A DNA stretch of 64,000 nucleotides from a bacterium (GTDB lineage: Bacteria; UBA8248; JACPRG01; G963555815): contig CBDHDG010000005.1 in NCBI GenBank assembly GCA_965261595.1, positions 960,001 to 1,024,000 on the forward strand, read 5' to 3'. Shown here piece after piece: positions 42,369-53,078 of the stretch. The notes under the pieces were generated by a model that worked only from the letters and a program-made list of their open reading frames with translations, did no database searches and was not told the origin of the DNA. A program made the position numbers and the translations under genes. Position 1 is the first letter of the stretch. Every line of letters starts with the position of its first letter.

Positions 42369-42905
42369 GAGCATTGTTATTTGTTTGACTCGGGTTATAT
42401 AGAAGATACGATCAACAACAAGGGAAATGAAAATGGGTTCCAGAAAATTTTCCAACATGCGGCTCATTTGGTAACAACTTGGAAAGCTGAACTTCGAACC
42501 GCTTCAGAGAACTTTAATTTCATATTCAAGAATCCCTTTGATGATGATATTTATGATTTGATTTACCAAAATTTGCCATATCTTCTATTGTTCATGTCTC
42601 ATCTGATTATCGGCATTTTTAATAGAATGGAAGCAATGGATGAAACATCCAAGCATCTTTTCCATATCAGGACTATGCTCTCGTATGATTTAATCACTGA
42701 ACCGGACAAGCGCCTTGCATTATCAAATTTTAAACAACTCCTATCCACTTCTCCTAGCTGCTCAAAATGCTCCGCGAAATGCAAGATCACACTGTATAAT
42801 GCTATTAGCATGTTACTGATGTCGAGATTCCGGTGCACATGTTGCAGAACAAGCGAGCCTTTTCTTCTTTTCTCGTATCCAGAGTATCAGCAGTCAACTG
42901 TGTAG
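42369..42905 (+). pseudogene. 5'-truncated AT-rich hypothetical gene with C-terminal Cys motifs
   Basis: Open frame from the IS boundary to TAG at 42905; CSKC and CTCC (possible zinc ribbon). Confidence 0.55.
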
Positions 42906-43018
42906 TTGTAGGATAGAAAAGAAGGATCGACTTGCCGTTTGGTATTCAATGAGCGTTGCCCGACCTCGACTTTATGGCGGACGACGGCGGCTTAGCATTC
43001 ATCTGGAACGAGGGAACC

Positions 43019-44595
43019 ATGGCACGAACAGGATCGAAAAAAGCTCAGAATCCCGATAACGGTGTCACGACGGGCTATGAGCGAGAGCTTTGGCAAATGG
43101 CCGACACCCTGCGCGGCTCGATGGATGCGGCGGAATACAAGCACGTCGTCCTGGGTCTCATCTTTCTGAAATACATTTCGGACGCCTTCGAGGAGTGGCA
43201 CGCCCAACTGGAAGCCGAGCGGGCCGAGGGCGCGGATCCGGAAGACCCGGACGAATACCGCGCCGAGAACATCTTCTGGGTGCCGCCCGAGGCGCGCTGG
43301 GCGAATCTCAAGAACCAGGCTCGGCAGTCCACCATCGGCCAAATCGTCGATGGCGCAATGGCCGCGATCGAGCGTGAGAACCCGGCGGTCAAGGACGTGC
43401 TGCCTAAGGACTACGCCCGCCCCGCGCTAGACAAGGAGCGGCTCGGCCAGCTAATTGATCACATCAGCAACATCCAGGTTGGCGACGCAGACGCCCGCTC
43501 CAGAGACGTGTTAGGCCGTGTTTACGAGTATTTTCTATCGCAGTTCGCGAATGCGGAAGGGAAAAAAGGCGGAGAATTCTACACCCCGCGCTGTGTCGTC
43601 AAGCTCCTGGTCGAAATGCTGGAGCCCTACAAAGGCCGCGTCTACGACCCTTGCTGCGGCTCTTCGGGCATGTTCGTGCAGTCGGTCGAGTTCATCGATG
43701 CGCACGCCAGCGGCAACGGCAACGGCGGAAGGGCGCACGGCGACATCAGCATCTACGGCCAGGAGTCGAACTACACGACCTGGCGGCTCGCGAAGATGAA
43801 CCTTGCCATTCGCAGCATCGAGGGGCAGATTACCCATGGGGACAGCTTTCACAACGACTGCACCCGGATCTCAAGGCCGATTTCATACTCGCCATTCCCC
43901 CCTTCAACGTCTCCGACTGGGGCGGCGAGCGGCTCACGGATGATAAACGATGGCAATACGGCATCCCGCCCAAGGGCAACGCCAACTTCGCCTGGGTGCA
44001 GCACATGGTTCATCATCTGGCGCCGGGCGGTGCGGCGGGTTTCGTGCTGGCCAACGGCTCGATGTCCTCGAACCAGTCGGGCGAAGGCGAAATCAGAAAG
44101 AGTCTGATCGAGGCGGAACTTGTGGACTGCATGGTCGCCCTGCCGAGCCAGCTATTCTACTCGACGCCGATTCCCGCCTGCCTGTGGTTTCTGGCGCGAG
44201 CCCGGAAACGAGGCGGCGAAATCCTCTTCATCGACGCGCGCAAACTGGGCCGCATGGTCGACCGCACCCACCGCGAGTTGACGGACGAGGACATCGCTCG
44301 CATCACTGATATCTACCATGCCTGGCGAGGTGGGAAGGATAAGAATGAATACGCCGACGTCCCCGGCTTCTGCAAGAGCGCAACGATGGACGAGGTGCGT
44401 AAGCATGGACATGTACTCACCCCCGGTCGCTATGTCGGCGCAGAAGCGCAGGAGGACGACGGCGAGGCGTTCGATGAGAAGATGAAGCGGTTTGTTGCAC
44501 AGTTTCGGGATCAGCAGGCTGAAGGGGCACGGCTCGACGCGGCTATTGAGGCCAATCTCGAAAGTCTGGGGTATGGAGCAAAAGACACACTATGA
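43019..44595 (+). pseudogene. hsdM: Type I restriction-modification M subunit, frameshifted near 43858, catalytic NPPF read as IPPF
   Basis: [39 protein letters not shown]; continues in another frame as [16 protein letters not shown]...LTPGRYVG. Confidence 0.9.
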
Positions 44596-44655
44596 TTCCG
44601 GCCACTGCGCAGCGGTCAGATGAGGGCCGTCCATGAAACTTGAGACAAACAGGTC

Positions 44656-44853
44656 ATGCCGAAGGTCAGAGAAGCGATACGCTTGATAGAGCAAGACGGA
44701 TGGCAGCTCGTTCGCACCAAGGGAAGCCACCGGCAGTACCGGCATCCGGTGAAACCGGGTACTGTGACCATAGCAGGCAAACCGAGCGACGATCTGCCGC
44801 CAGGCACATGGAACAGCATCTTGGAGCAATCCCAAGTGGAGGAGTGCTCATGA
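44656..44853 (+). CDS. hicA: HicA-family toxin
   Basis: EAIRLIEQDGW...KGSHRQYRHP...VTI...GTWNSIL. Confidence 0.9.
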   Translation: MPKVREAIRLIEQDGWQLVRTKGSHRQYRHPVKPGTVTIAGKPSDDLPPGTWNSILEQSQVEECS

Positions 44854-45083
44854 GCATGAAATACACGGTCGTTATCGAGAAATCGCCTGACAACTACGCT
44901 GCCTATGTTCCCGACCTGCCGGGCTGCGTCGCGACGGGCCAGACCCGGGAAGAGACGTTGGTGGAGATCCGCGAAGCCATCGAACTACATCTCGAAAGCC
45001 TGTGCGAGCACGGGGAGCCGACGCCACAGCCTCAAGCTACTGCCGATACCGTGGAAGTGGCGGCGACGGGAACATCGGGGTGA
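44850..45083 (+). CDS. hicB: HicB-family antitoxin (short)
   Basis: YTVVIE...YAAYVPDLPGCVATGQTREE...EAIELHLE; ATGA overlap with hicA. Confidence 0.9.
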   Translation: MSMKYTVVIEKSPDNYAAYVPDLPGCVATGQTREETLVEIREAIELHLESLCEHGEPTPQPQATADTVEVAATGTSG

Positions 45084-45177
45084 CGGATCATCGGCTATCG
45101 ACAATAGTCCTATATCGTCGTAACTGTGTGACTCATAGCGCATTACAGATGTTGTAGGTATTGGGCCGACTCGTCTA

Positions 45178-45200
45178 TCCCGTATATTGTCCCGTATATT
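45178..45200. repeat. Direct repeat TCCCGTATATT x2 (12-bp period), candidate integrase arm-type sites
   Basis: A related pair CCCCGTATAAC/CATCGTATATT at 54297-54319 lies just upstream of the integrase. Confidence 0.55.
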
Positions 45201-45618
45201 CTTAGCGCGATCACATGGGAACCTACGGTACGTTGGCGGAACCCGTGACAGGTGCGACCGTTGGGCGCCGCAGGCGTCGCGAGGGGCTAAGAAAGACCAC
45301 GCAGATGACGATCCGGCGATGCCGAATGTTGCATTTCGTCGCCACAGCGCGGGCGTTCGGGAACGCACCGGTGGCGGGCGATGAGGCAATCTCGAAGTAC
45401 GGCGCGCCCGGTCACGTCCGGGGAGCGGGGTTGTTGACGGACGGGTTCGAGCTCCACCCCCAGGCGCAGACTTAAGGTTCATGAGCCAGCCCACACAATG
45501 TTGAACATTGCGATCTGGCGAGGGGAGCTCCGCCCCCCTTCGATCCCCCAGAGGCCCGCCCTCGGGCGGAGTTCGCAGGCGGGGCTCGCCGCCCTTTCGC
45601 TCTTGCCGGCGCGTCCTG

Positions 45619-45876
45619 ATGGCCGATCGCCGCACCGTCGCCGCCTCCGCGTATCGCCGGCCGAGCTCGACGACTTGGGGGGCCAAGGCCGTGGCCGCCG
45701 CCCGTGTCGCTGTCTGCCGCTGCGGCAGGCCATGGCGCGCGCGGACGTGGACCGCCCCGGCGGCAGCGGTTGAGCGCGAGCGCACCCGCCAAGTCGCGGG
45801 CATCGGCTGCAACCTCAACCAGACCGCCCGCTGGGCCAACACCCACGGCTCGGCAGCCGAGGCCGTCGCCCCCTAG
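45619..45876 (+). pseudogene. Degenerate MobC-like relaxosome accessory protein
   Basis: RQVAGIGCNLNQTARWAN matches the MobC IGxNLNQ.AR signature; N-terminus degraded. Confidence 0.65.
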
Positions 45877-46058
45877 TCGCCAGTCGCCATCGACGGGCGC
45901 TCGCGGCGCCGGTCCCCGTCGGACACCCCGACCCCGATGCACATTTCTGGAGGATCTGCGCGGTCGCCGAACCGGCTCAGGGCGGGTGAGGAGCCTGAGG
46001 CCACCGCGCCTGTGCCGGGGCACCTGGAGGAGCGACTCCGGCGAAGCCTCAAGGTCTT

Positions 46059-47102
46059 CTAAGCATCATCATCCTGCGCCGCGACAGTCCAGATCCGCTT
46101 CAGCGGAAGCTCGGCGCGTAGGTCCTCGTCTAGCCGGTCGTAGTGCGTGAACAGCTGCTCAAGGAGCTCCTTCTGGGTCCAGAGTCGAACCTTGAAGAAG
46201 CTGCCCGCCAACTCCTTCTGCACGTTGGTCTTGAAACCTCCCCACGCGACGAATAGGCCCTCCTGCGCACTGAACTTAGAGACGGCTCCGAGCAGCTTGT
46301 CGACGGTTGGCCGGTCAATCGGTGCTTTCTCAGACTTGACTTCCACACACAGACGAGGGGTGCCGAACCCGAGCGGCCCAGAGCCTGCCAGGATGTCCGC
46401 ACCTCCGTCCGCACCCTCGGAGCTACGGTACGTTGTGTAGCCTTGAGCCTGGAGGATTGCCTCAACAAGTCTCGCCAGGCTGTGGCCTGAAAACTTAGCA
46501 GAGATGAGCTGGGCAATCTGATCCCGGCCGAGCTGTTCGAGGTCGACGCCAACGGCATCGGTCTCGTCATCCGGGTCCTCGATGGTTCCCGTCTGACCCT
46601 TGAAGCCCGGATCGGCCTTCCAGCCTGACTGTCGCATAGCCTCCAGCCGGTCCTCCGCGTTGTTGCGCTTGATGCGGCAGATCGTCATGAACGCGCCGAA
46701 CGAGTGAAGTAGGTCTTTTCCAAAGCTGGCTCGTGGGATGGCCTCGCCGATCCAGGTGACCGGTCGCCAGTGGAAGTACGGATCCGGGCCGCGTGGCTCG
46801 AAGTGATAGTCGCCTGTGATCTCGCCAACATAGATAGCCGGCTGTCCTTTGAGTGGAAGGACCACTAGGTCGCCCACCTGCATTCGATGCGCGAACGGCC
46901 AGAGCTGGCTGGCCCAATTGAGAATGGTCTTAGGCTTGGCTGTCGCATAGCGGTCGGTCATTGCCGCAAGGAGCTCCTCCCGTGCCTTTAAACGAGCGAG
47001 ATTGACATCCAGCATGTCCCAGGTGACGTAGATGCGGTCCTCCTGGATGAACTTTTGCTCATACTCGCCATGGGATCCGCCACGCACCAGCCATATCGCC
47101 AT
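46059..47102 (-). CDS. Mrr-type restriction endonuclease
   Basis: N-terminal WLVRGG..GE and GDLVVLP domain; C-terminal Mrr catalytic GADGGADI...CVEVKS...GLFVAWGGF. Confidence 0.85.
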   Translation of the reverse strand: MAIWLVRGGSHGEYEQKFIQEDRIYVTWDMLDVNLARLKAREELLAAMTDRYATAKPKTILNWASQLWPFAHRMQVGDLVVLPLKGQPAIYVGEITGDYHFEPRGPDPYFHWRPVTWIGEAIPRASFGKDLLHSFGAFMTICRIKRNNAEDRLEAMRQSGWKADPGFKGQTGTIEDPDDETDAVGVDLEQLGRDQIAQLISAKFSGHSLARLVEAILQAQGYTTYRSSEGADGGADILAGSGPLGFGTPRLCVEVKSEKAPIDRPTVDKLLGAVSKFSAQEGLFVAWGGFKTNVQKELAGSFFKVRLWTQKELLEQLFTHYDRLDEDLRAELPLKRIWTVAAQDDDA

Positions 47103-47561
47103 CAGTGAGAGTGCTCCATTTCTGAATTAGACTTGTTGGGCCACATCGTGGTCATCGCCGCCGAAGAGGCTGTGACTCCACACTTCCACCCACACCACCC
47201 CCTAAGCTGACCTGGGTCACCCGGACGAGCAACTCGCCCGCGAGCCGCTGAACTCCCTGCGTCGGGCCTACACCGGCTGTGTTCCAGGATCGCCGCCTCG
47301 ACCAACCGCGAGCTGAGCTAAGAGGCGCCACGGGCTCTCGGTGGTTCCTCGGAGTACCACACGCTTCCGTTGGCGAAGGCCTAACCCAGCCCATGGACAG
47401 GAGCCCTTTGCCCCGGACCGGGGCCTTGGCGTCTCCGATACCCGCTCGACTCCCCGCCGACGGGGCGAAGGACAGGCCGCCGTCCTGCTTCGATCCCAAT
47501 GGACGCGGGCGCTGGACCTGATGCGCCAGCGTGGGCGAGAGCGGGATCATGGTCCGAGCCG

Positions 47562-47680
47562 CTAATGGTTCTCGGCTGCGGAATCGGCCAGCGCTCGAGG
47601 ATCGGCGGAGGTCCTTCGGCGGCTCGGCGCGGCCTCCGGTTCCAGAGTCTCGCCGGCGAGGTAGGCGGGCCCAGTCCGCC
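47562..47680 (-). pseudogene. C-terminal remnant of a P4-type integrase
   Basis: Reads ADWA(+1 nt)AYLAGETLEPEA..., matching DDWAAYLAGERRDPEA of the integrase tail at 53079-53143. Confidence 0.65.
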
Positions 47681-47976
47681 GTCATACAAGCTGTAAATCT
47701 ATGATATGCTGTGCGTTACGTATTCCATAAAACGTCCTCCGTCACCCCTGTGATCACCCTTTACGCTTCGGGTTGCGGAATCCCCCCAAAACCCCCGAAC
47801 ACCTGGAGCTTGAACTGGCGCCCGAAAACTACCGGCTCAAGCTGAGTTCGCTGCCCAAGGTCTGCCCCGACAAGAACTTCAAGTTCCGGGTGACCGGACA
47901 CCGGCATCCGCTCGAACCCGCCACGTAGCCCCGGTGGCCGTCGGATCGCCGGGACGATCCCCGGAAACCGGCCCGC

Positions 47977-49263
47977 CTACCGGCTCGGGGGGCTGTATAC
48001 GTAGACCACCGGCAGCTTGGAAACGTCGGTGACGCTCCTGTCCGTGTGGTGGTAGATGTTCATCCGTCCCGTGCCGCAGTCGCCGAACGGGTCGCAGGAT
48101 AGCGTCCCGACCAGGCCGCTCATAGCGGTTGCCCCCACCTGCTCGCGCAGTGCCGCCCGGTCTATGTGCAGCCTGTCACCGTCCTCCACGGCAACGGCCT
48201 CAATGGCCGAGAGGAGGATGGTGGTCGCATCGTAGGTGTGCGCCCAATAGGGTGACCCGGGGAACCCGCCGTGCCTGGCCTCGAACGCGGCGAGAACCTG
48301 CTCCCCGCTCCGTCCTGTCACCTCGTTGACGTTTGAGCGAAAGTCCGATTCCGGCCCCGCGAAGTAGATCCCCTCCGACTGCGGCGTTTCCAGGAACGCG
48401 GAGACCAGCAGCGCGGCCGCTGAAATCAGGGTCGTCCCTTCAAGCCCGTCGAAGGCCCGGGCCTGCGCGGCAAAGGCGGATCCCTCCGTCTCGAACAGCG
48501 GGAAGAAGATGGCGTCCGGGCCGGCGACCGCGAACTGCTCCAGAACCTCCGTCATGTCGGTGTCACCCTTCTCGATTTCTGCCTGGGCCGGCACTTTGCC
48601 CCCGAGGGCCGAAAACGCGTCGGCGAACGCCGCCACGAGGGCGGACGTGTAGGGGTCGCCGTCGTGAACTGTGGCCACGCTCTGCAGCTCCAGCTGGTTG
48701 TAGACGAAGTCCGAGAGGGCGCGTGCCTGGTGGAGGTCGTTGGACGACACGCGAAAGTAACCGGCGTGATAGGCGGGGTTCGCGTTGCCGGCCAGGTCGG
48801 AGGTGAGCCGCGGCGAGGTGTTGCTCGGCGAAATCATGACCAAGCCCGCGTCGCTGATGACGGGCGACGCCGCCACGGCCGCGGCCGAGCAGTTTGTTCC
48901 GATGACGCCGGCCACCTGCGGGTCCCCGATGATTCCAAGCGCACCTTCGCGGCCGCCTTCCGGCGAACAACTGGTGTCAACCGGATCGCCCAGGTCGACC
49001 TGGCGCCCGTGAACGGGACCCATGCCCTCGACGGCGAACTCGGCCCCGTGCCGGGACACGGCCCCCAGCGACGGCGCGACCGTGACCGAAAGCAGCATGC
49101 GTATCCGCACGGCCTCGCCTGCCTCCAAAGTGACTGCACCCAGCGGCCCGGGCTCGAATTCCGGCGGTGTGGTTGTACTTGGTGTGGTTGGACTTTCTTT
49201 GCATCCCGGCGTCGCAAGAACGGCGATCAGTGCCGCGACAGAAAAAACGATGCGCTTTCGCAT
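47977..49263 (-). CDS. Branched-chain amino acid-type ABC substrate-binding lipoprotein
   Basis: Lipobox-like TPGC; GVIGTNCS, MISPSNTSP, YFRVSSND, HTYDAT; no transporter partners nearby. Confidence 0.88.
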   Translation of the reverse strand: MRKRIVFSVAALIAVLATPGCKESPTTPSTTTPPEFEPGPLGAVTLEAGEAVRIRMLLSVTVAPSLGAVSRHGAEFAVEGMGPVHGRQVDLGDPVDTSCSPEGGREGALGIIGDPQVAGVIGTNCSAAAVAASPVISDAGLVMISPSNTSPRLTSDLAGNANPAYHAGYFRVSSNDLHQARALSDFVYNQLELQSVATVHDGDPYTSALVAAFADAFSALGGKVPAQAEIEKGDTDMTEVLEQFAVAGPDAIFFPLFETEGSAFAAQARAFDGLEGTTLISAAALLVSAFLETPQSEGIYFAGPESDFRSNVNEVTGRSGEQVLAAFEARHGGFPGSPYWAHTYDATTILLSAIEAVAVEDGDRLHIDRAALREQVGATAMSGLVGTLSCDPFGDCGTGRMNIYHHTDRSVTDVSKLPVVYVYSPPSR

Positions 49264-49576
49264 GAGACCGACTCCTTCTTTTCTGTCATGTGTCGTGGGG
49301 TGACGGTCTATCCACCGGCGTGGACAGCCGCGCATCACTAATGTTAACCGGAATTTCCCATATCAACTTGCTTGGGTGGTTTCCGGTCCCCTTTCCCGAC
49401 GAAAACCAGTTTATCCCCTTCCGATGGGTCTGTCAAGAGCCTTCCAACCCTCCGCAACAAGGTGCTGACGGCCATCGACTGCCCCAAAAGGCGGACCCTC
49501 GCCCTTCGGTCCCCTTTATTCGCGGTTCAACCCGTTAACCAATCACCTCATGCTGCCGGGAACCCTCTGCACAAGG

Positions 49577-52317
49577 TTAGACCGGCACCGGCCGTAATCG
49601 GTTGATTCGGTCCAGGATGATGGCGAACTCTTCCCTGGATACCGCTACTTCGGCCAATTGAAAGATGATCTGCCGGGCGTGCCGCACAATCCTCCCGCCC
49701 ATTTTGATGAGCTTGACCTGGAGGCTTCGGAGCGACCAGTGCTTGAGCCCCCTGGGCAAGGCTAGCCTCCGCAGGAAATTGCCCAGGTTGTACCCCAGGA
49801 CGAAGAGAAGGAGCCGCACCTGGTTGCACACGAACCGGTGACAGGAAAGGCGTGTCCAGTTCAGGGCGTACTTGCCTTCCTTGATCCATTGCTCGGCTGT
49901 GCCTCGTCCGTTGTAGAAGTGAACCACACCCTCTGGGCGGGCGGTGAGGTTGGTCACGATGAAGCCGACTCTTGGAAACAACTCGCCCTGGTGCCATTCT
50001 GGACCGCCCCTGGGTTATTGGACACTCGGGTGAGGGTATTCGACCTCATGCGGCCTCCGCAACTTGAGCGAGTTTTTCCTGCCTTGCCTGGGCCGGCGTT
50101 CGGTAGCCGTAGCCCTCGAGAATCCAATGATGGTTGTACAGGTTCTTGAACTCAAGCAGCGCCCACCGCAGTTCCTCTACGGTGGCGAAAGAGCGCACCC
50201 ACAGGAGATTCTCCTTCAAGATGCGGATGAACCACTCACAGTAGCCATTTCCCTCGGGCGCCCGCACGAAGCTGGGCGAACTGGTCATGCCCAGGTAGGC
50301 GATCTCCCGCTGAAAGTCATCGGACAGATAGGCGGGGCCGTGGTCGTGACGAACTTTAAGCCCCTCGGCGACGTCCGCCTCCAAGCCGGCGAAGCGCTCG
50401 GCGACCCCCTGCCGGATCGGCTCCAGGGCCTCGAAGCGGTTGCCGCTCTTGGCCGCATGGATCCCCACGCAGTCCACCGAGCAGTGATCCACCGCCACGA
50501 ACACCGAGGCCATCCCCTCCTCGGTGGTCACCGTCGTCGTCATGTCCGTGCCCCACATTCGGTCGGGCCGCTCGGTGCGGATGGTCCCGTTGTGGGCCTT
50601 GGGACCTCGGGGTTTGCCCACCCGGTGGGGGGCCTGAAGCCCCGCCTCCCGCATCAGGCGACGCACCCGCTCCTTGCTGGTGCGGATGCCCGCGAAGCGC
50701 AGCCTCGCCCACACATTGCGGTAGCCCTCGCCATGGAAGGGAGAGTCCTCCAGGACCTGCCGGATGTGGCCGAGGAGTTCCGCATCGGTGCACGGGCCCA
50801 CAGGGCCGCGCTTATTGGGCGTGGGGCGTTCATGAACGGGGACCGCCTCTCGCCGCCGTTGCGCGTAGACCGTGGAGCGCGCCAAGCCCCAAAGGGCGCA
50901 CACCCGCTTCAGGCCGTAGGCTCTGCCCGTGGAGGTGAAGCGGGCCTGACTCATCGCCTCCACCTCCTGCCGGCTAAAGGGCGGCCGGCCTCCAGGCGGT
51001 CGATCTTCTCCCGCAGGACCTCGCCCTCCATCGTGAGTTCGCCCACCTTGGCCTTGAGCCGGGCGTTCTCCTCGTCCCGCTCATCCGCCGGGCGGGCTTT
51101 GAGCGCCGCCTCGCCCCCGCGAAGGAACGCCTCGCGCCAGGCGGAAAGCCGAGCCGCTGTCGTGCCCAACTCGCGGCAGAGCGTCTCCAGGCTCTCGCCC
51201 CGCAAAAGACGCAGGACCGCCTCCCGCTTGCGCTGGCAGGAGAACCGACCCCGCTCACTGCGATGCCCTGGGGCCTTGGCTCCGTTCGCCCTGCGGGCGC
51301 CCTCCGCCAAAGCCCCCTCTTGCTTTTGTTCGTTCATCGCGACACCCCTTTCTCCATGAATCATGGATCAATCGAGTGTCCAACAAAACCCTAGAGCGGG
51401 GGAATTCCACCTTCGCCACCACCCGTCGGGAACGGTCCCAGCTTCTCGCCTGATACCGGAAGTCGTGGTAGAAGACGATGGGCTTCTTCGGCGGTCGACC
51501 CACCGGGCGGGTCAACAGGAATTCAATCCCCTTGTACAGTACTTCATTCCCAGGAAGACGAATGGCGTAGAGGAACCCGCACTCCTCCAGGTACTCATAG
51601 ACCTCTGGATTCGCAAAGGCGGCATCGGCCCGGAAGTAACGACGCACGCTTGCCTGCTCATACCGGGCCGCGATGGGCTCCAGAAACTCGCGCCAGCCAT
51701 CGGCACTGTGCACGTTCCCCGGCCGCAACATCGCCCCCTCGCAGTCCCCGAACTGGTTGAAGCAGAATAAGGGATGGTAGCAGAGGGAACCGAAGTGACC
51801 GTTGTAGGCCGTACCTTCCTGCTCCCCATGGACGGGGCTTTCCGAGCTGTCCATGTCCAGGATGATTCGCTGATGGGGTGAGTGTGCCATGGCCCGGTCC
51901 ACCCACTCCCGGTTCAGCTCGCTCCGGCCCCTTGAGATTCTCCTCCCTGGTGAGAACCTCGGTCTCGAACCGGCTCAGGGTGTTGGCGCCCGCCGCCTGC
52001 TTCTCAAGCGCTCGGCGGCCGACCACGGCTTGCATCGCGGGGTCCTGGGCCAACCGCTCGGCATCGTTGGTGTCTTCATACCCTGCCAAGCGGCTATAGA
52101 CCGACTGGCGCAATAGCGGCGCCAACTCATGCTGGATGTTCCGGCCATGACGGATCTCTTGCAATTGCACTGGCGCTCTCACCGTCAAACCCAGCGCATC
52201 ATCCAGCTCCCGGCAGGCCAGCAATCCCGCATCCGAAGTGATTCTGGTTCCGTGAAACTCAAGCCTCAGCCGACGGTCAAAACGGATCTTCAAAGACCCC
52301 TTCTTCGCTTCACCCAT
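49577..52317 (-). pseudogene. IS1380-family transposase (frameshift near 51920 and IS insertion)
   Basis: ITSDAGLL, GYEDTNDA, LDMDSS, FRADAAF, VVAKVE|WHQGELFPRVGFIVTN, YNGRGTAEQWIKEGK. Confidence 0.9.
50000..51403 (-). mobile_element. IS3-family insertion sequence, copy 2 (1404 bp; orfB 50046-50963, orfA 50951-51364)
   Basis: Near-identical to 35992-37395 (at least 4 substitutions); 4-bp TSD ATTC at 49996-49999 and 51404-51407. Confidence 0.93.
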
Positions 52318-53078
52318 TGGGTCCCCTCGCAAGATGATGGCAGGGAGAGGCCAACACCTTGATCTTACACGAGAAAACGGCATTCGGTCCGACAAAACTT
52401 ATGATCCATATGGGAAATGCGGGGTTAAACCACCGGTTCGGATCCCACCACTTCCGCCCAGCGAACTTCCCTCATGCCAGGCGTCGAGGGCCGGGCTGCC
52501 GGTCGGTCGGGGCCTCCCCGGCTTCGGCCCATACGCTTGGCCGGCTCCTCGCCGTCCGGCGTGACATCGAGGTGACCCGCAGCCGCGCCTTCAATTGGCT
52601 GACGGTGACGGGCACGCCGCACGAGCGGTGCGGGCGCCGGCAGTCCAACGTCGGCGATATCGCCCGCGGCCTCTTACAGGTTGGCGGACTTCGTCCCAAT
52701 CCCGGTGAACAGCAAGATCGCGGCCATCTCAATCATGCGGCTATCGATGGCCACGGCCTTGGCCCGCCCGCTGGCGAGCTCGGCCGACGTGGCGCGAGCG
52801 GCGACCATGGCGGTGCGGTGGGTCAGCCATCGGCGCACCGGCGGCGGGTTTCGGGGGGCCGCACCGGCCGCGCGACCGCTGCCCCGGCAGCGGCGCGGGA
52901 AGCTGGGGGTTCGAAGGGGAAGCGGAGCCACCCCTCGCCAGCCCCTGCCGGGGACGCGCGAAGCGTGGCCCCAAAGGGTAAGCTGGCTCATGACTGCTAA
53001 CGGGTCATGAGCCAGCCTTCGCGCCCCCGCTCTTCAGCGCCTGACGGACTCGTCCGCCGGCGCTGCGAGCGCGGCGGA

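Larger units (their letters stand above)
49348..52423 (-). mobile_element. IS1380-family element interrupted by IS3 copy 2
   Basis: 16-bp IRs CCGGAATTTCCCATAT and CCCGCATTTCCCATAT (14/16); 5-bp TSD GTTAA at 49343-49347 and 52424-52428; 1668 bp once the insert is removed. Confidence 0.9.

Noticed and set aside
45083..45180. tRNA or tRNA fragment as the integrase attachment site
   Set aside because: No T-loop/CCA-type motif found here or near 54300-54360; the core att site could not be identified.
47185..47390. Two attC-like degenerate stems upstream of mrr (GCTGAAC...GTCGGGC; CCAAC...GTTGGCG)
   Set aside because: R boxes do not match RYYYAAC/GTTRRRY properly, the orientation does not fit mrr as a cassette, and no integron integrase is present.
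47760..47928. Short open frame ending ...KFRVTGHRHPLEPAT*
   Set aside because: Looks like a gene tail, but it has no convincing start and no recognisable family.
35992..51403. Composite transposon formed by the two near-identical IS3 copies
   Set aside because: Each copy has its own distinct TSD, so they were independent insertions.
52430..53078. Several overlapping ORFs between IS1380 and the integrase
   Set aside because: No recognisable motifs; consistent with GC-rich shadow frames or degraded DNA.
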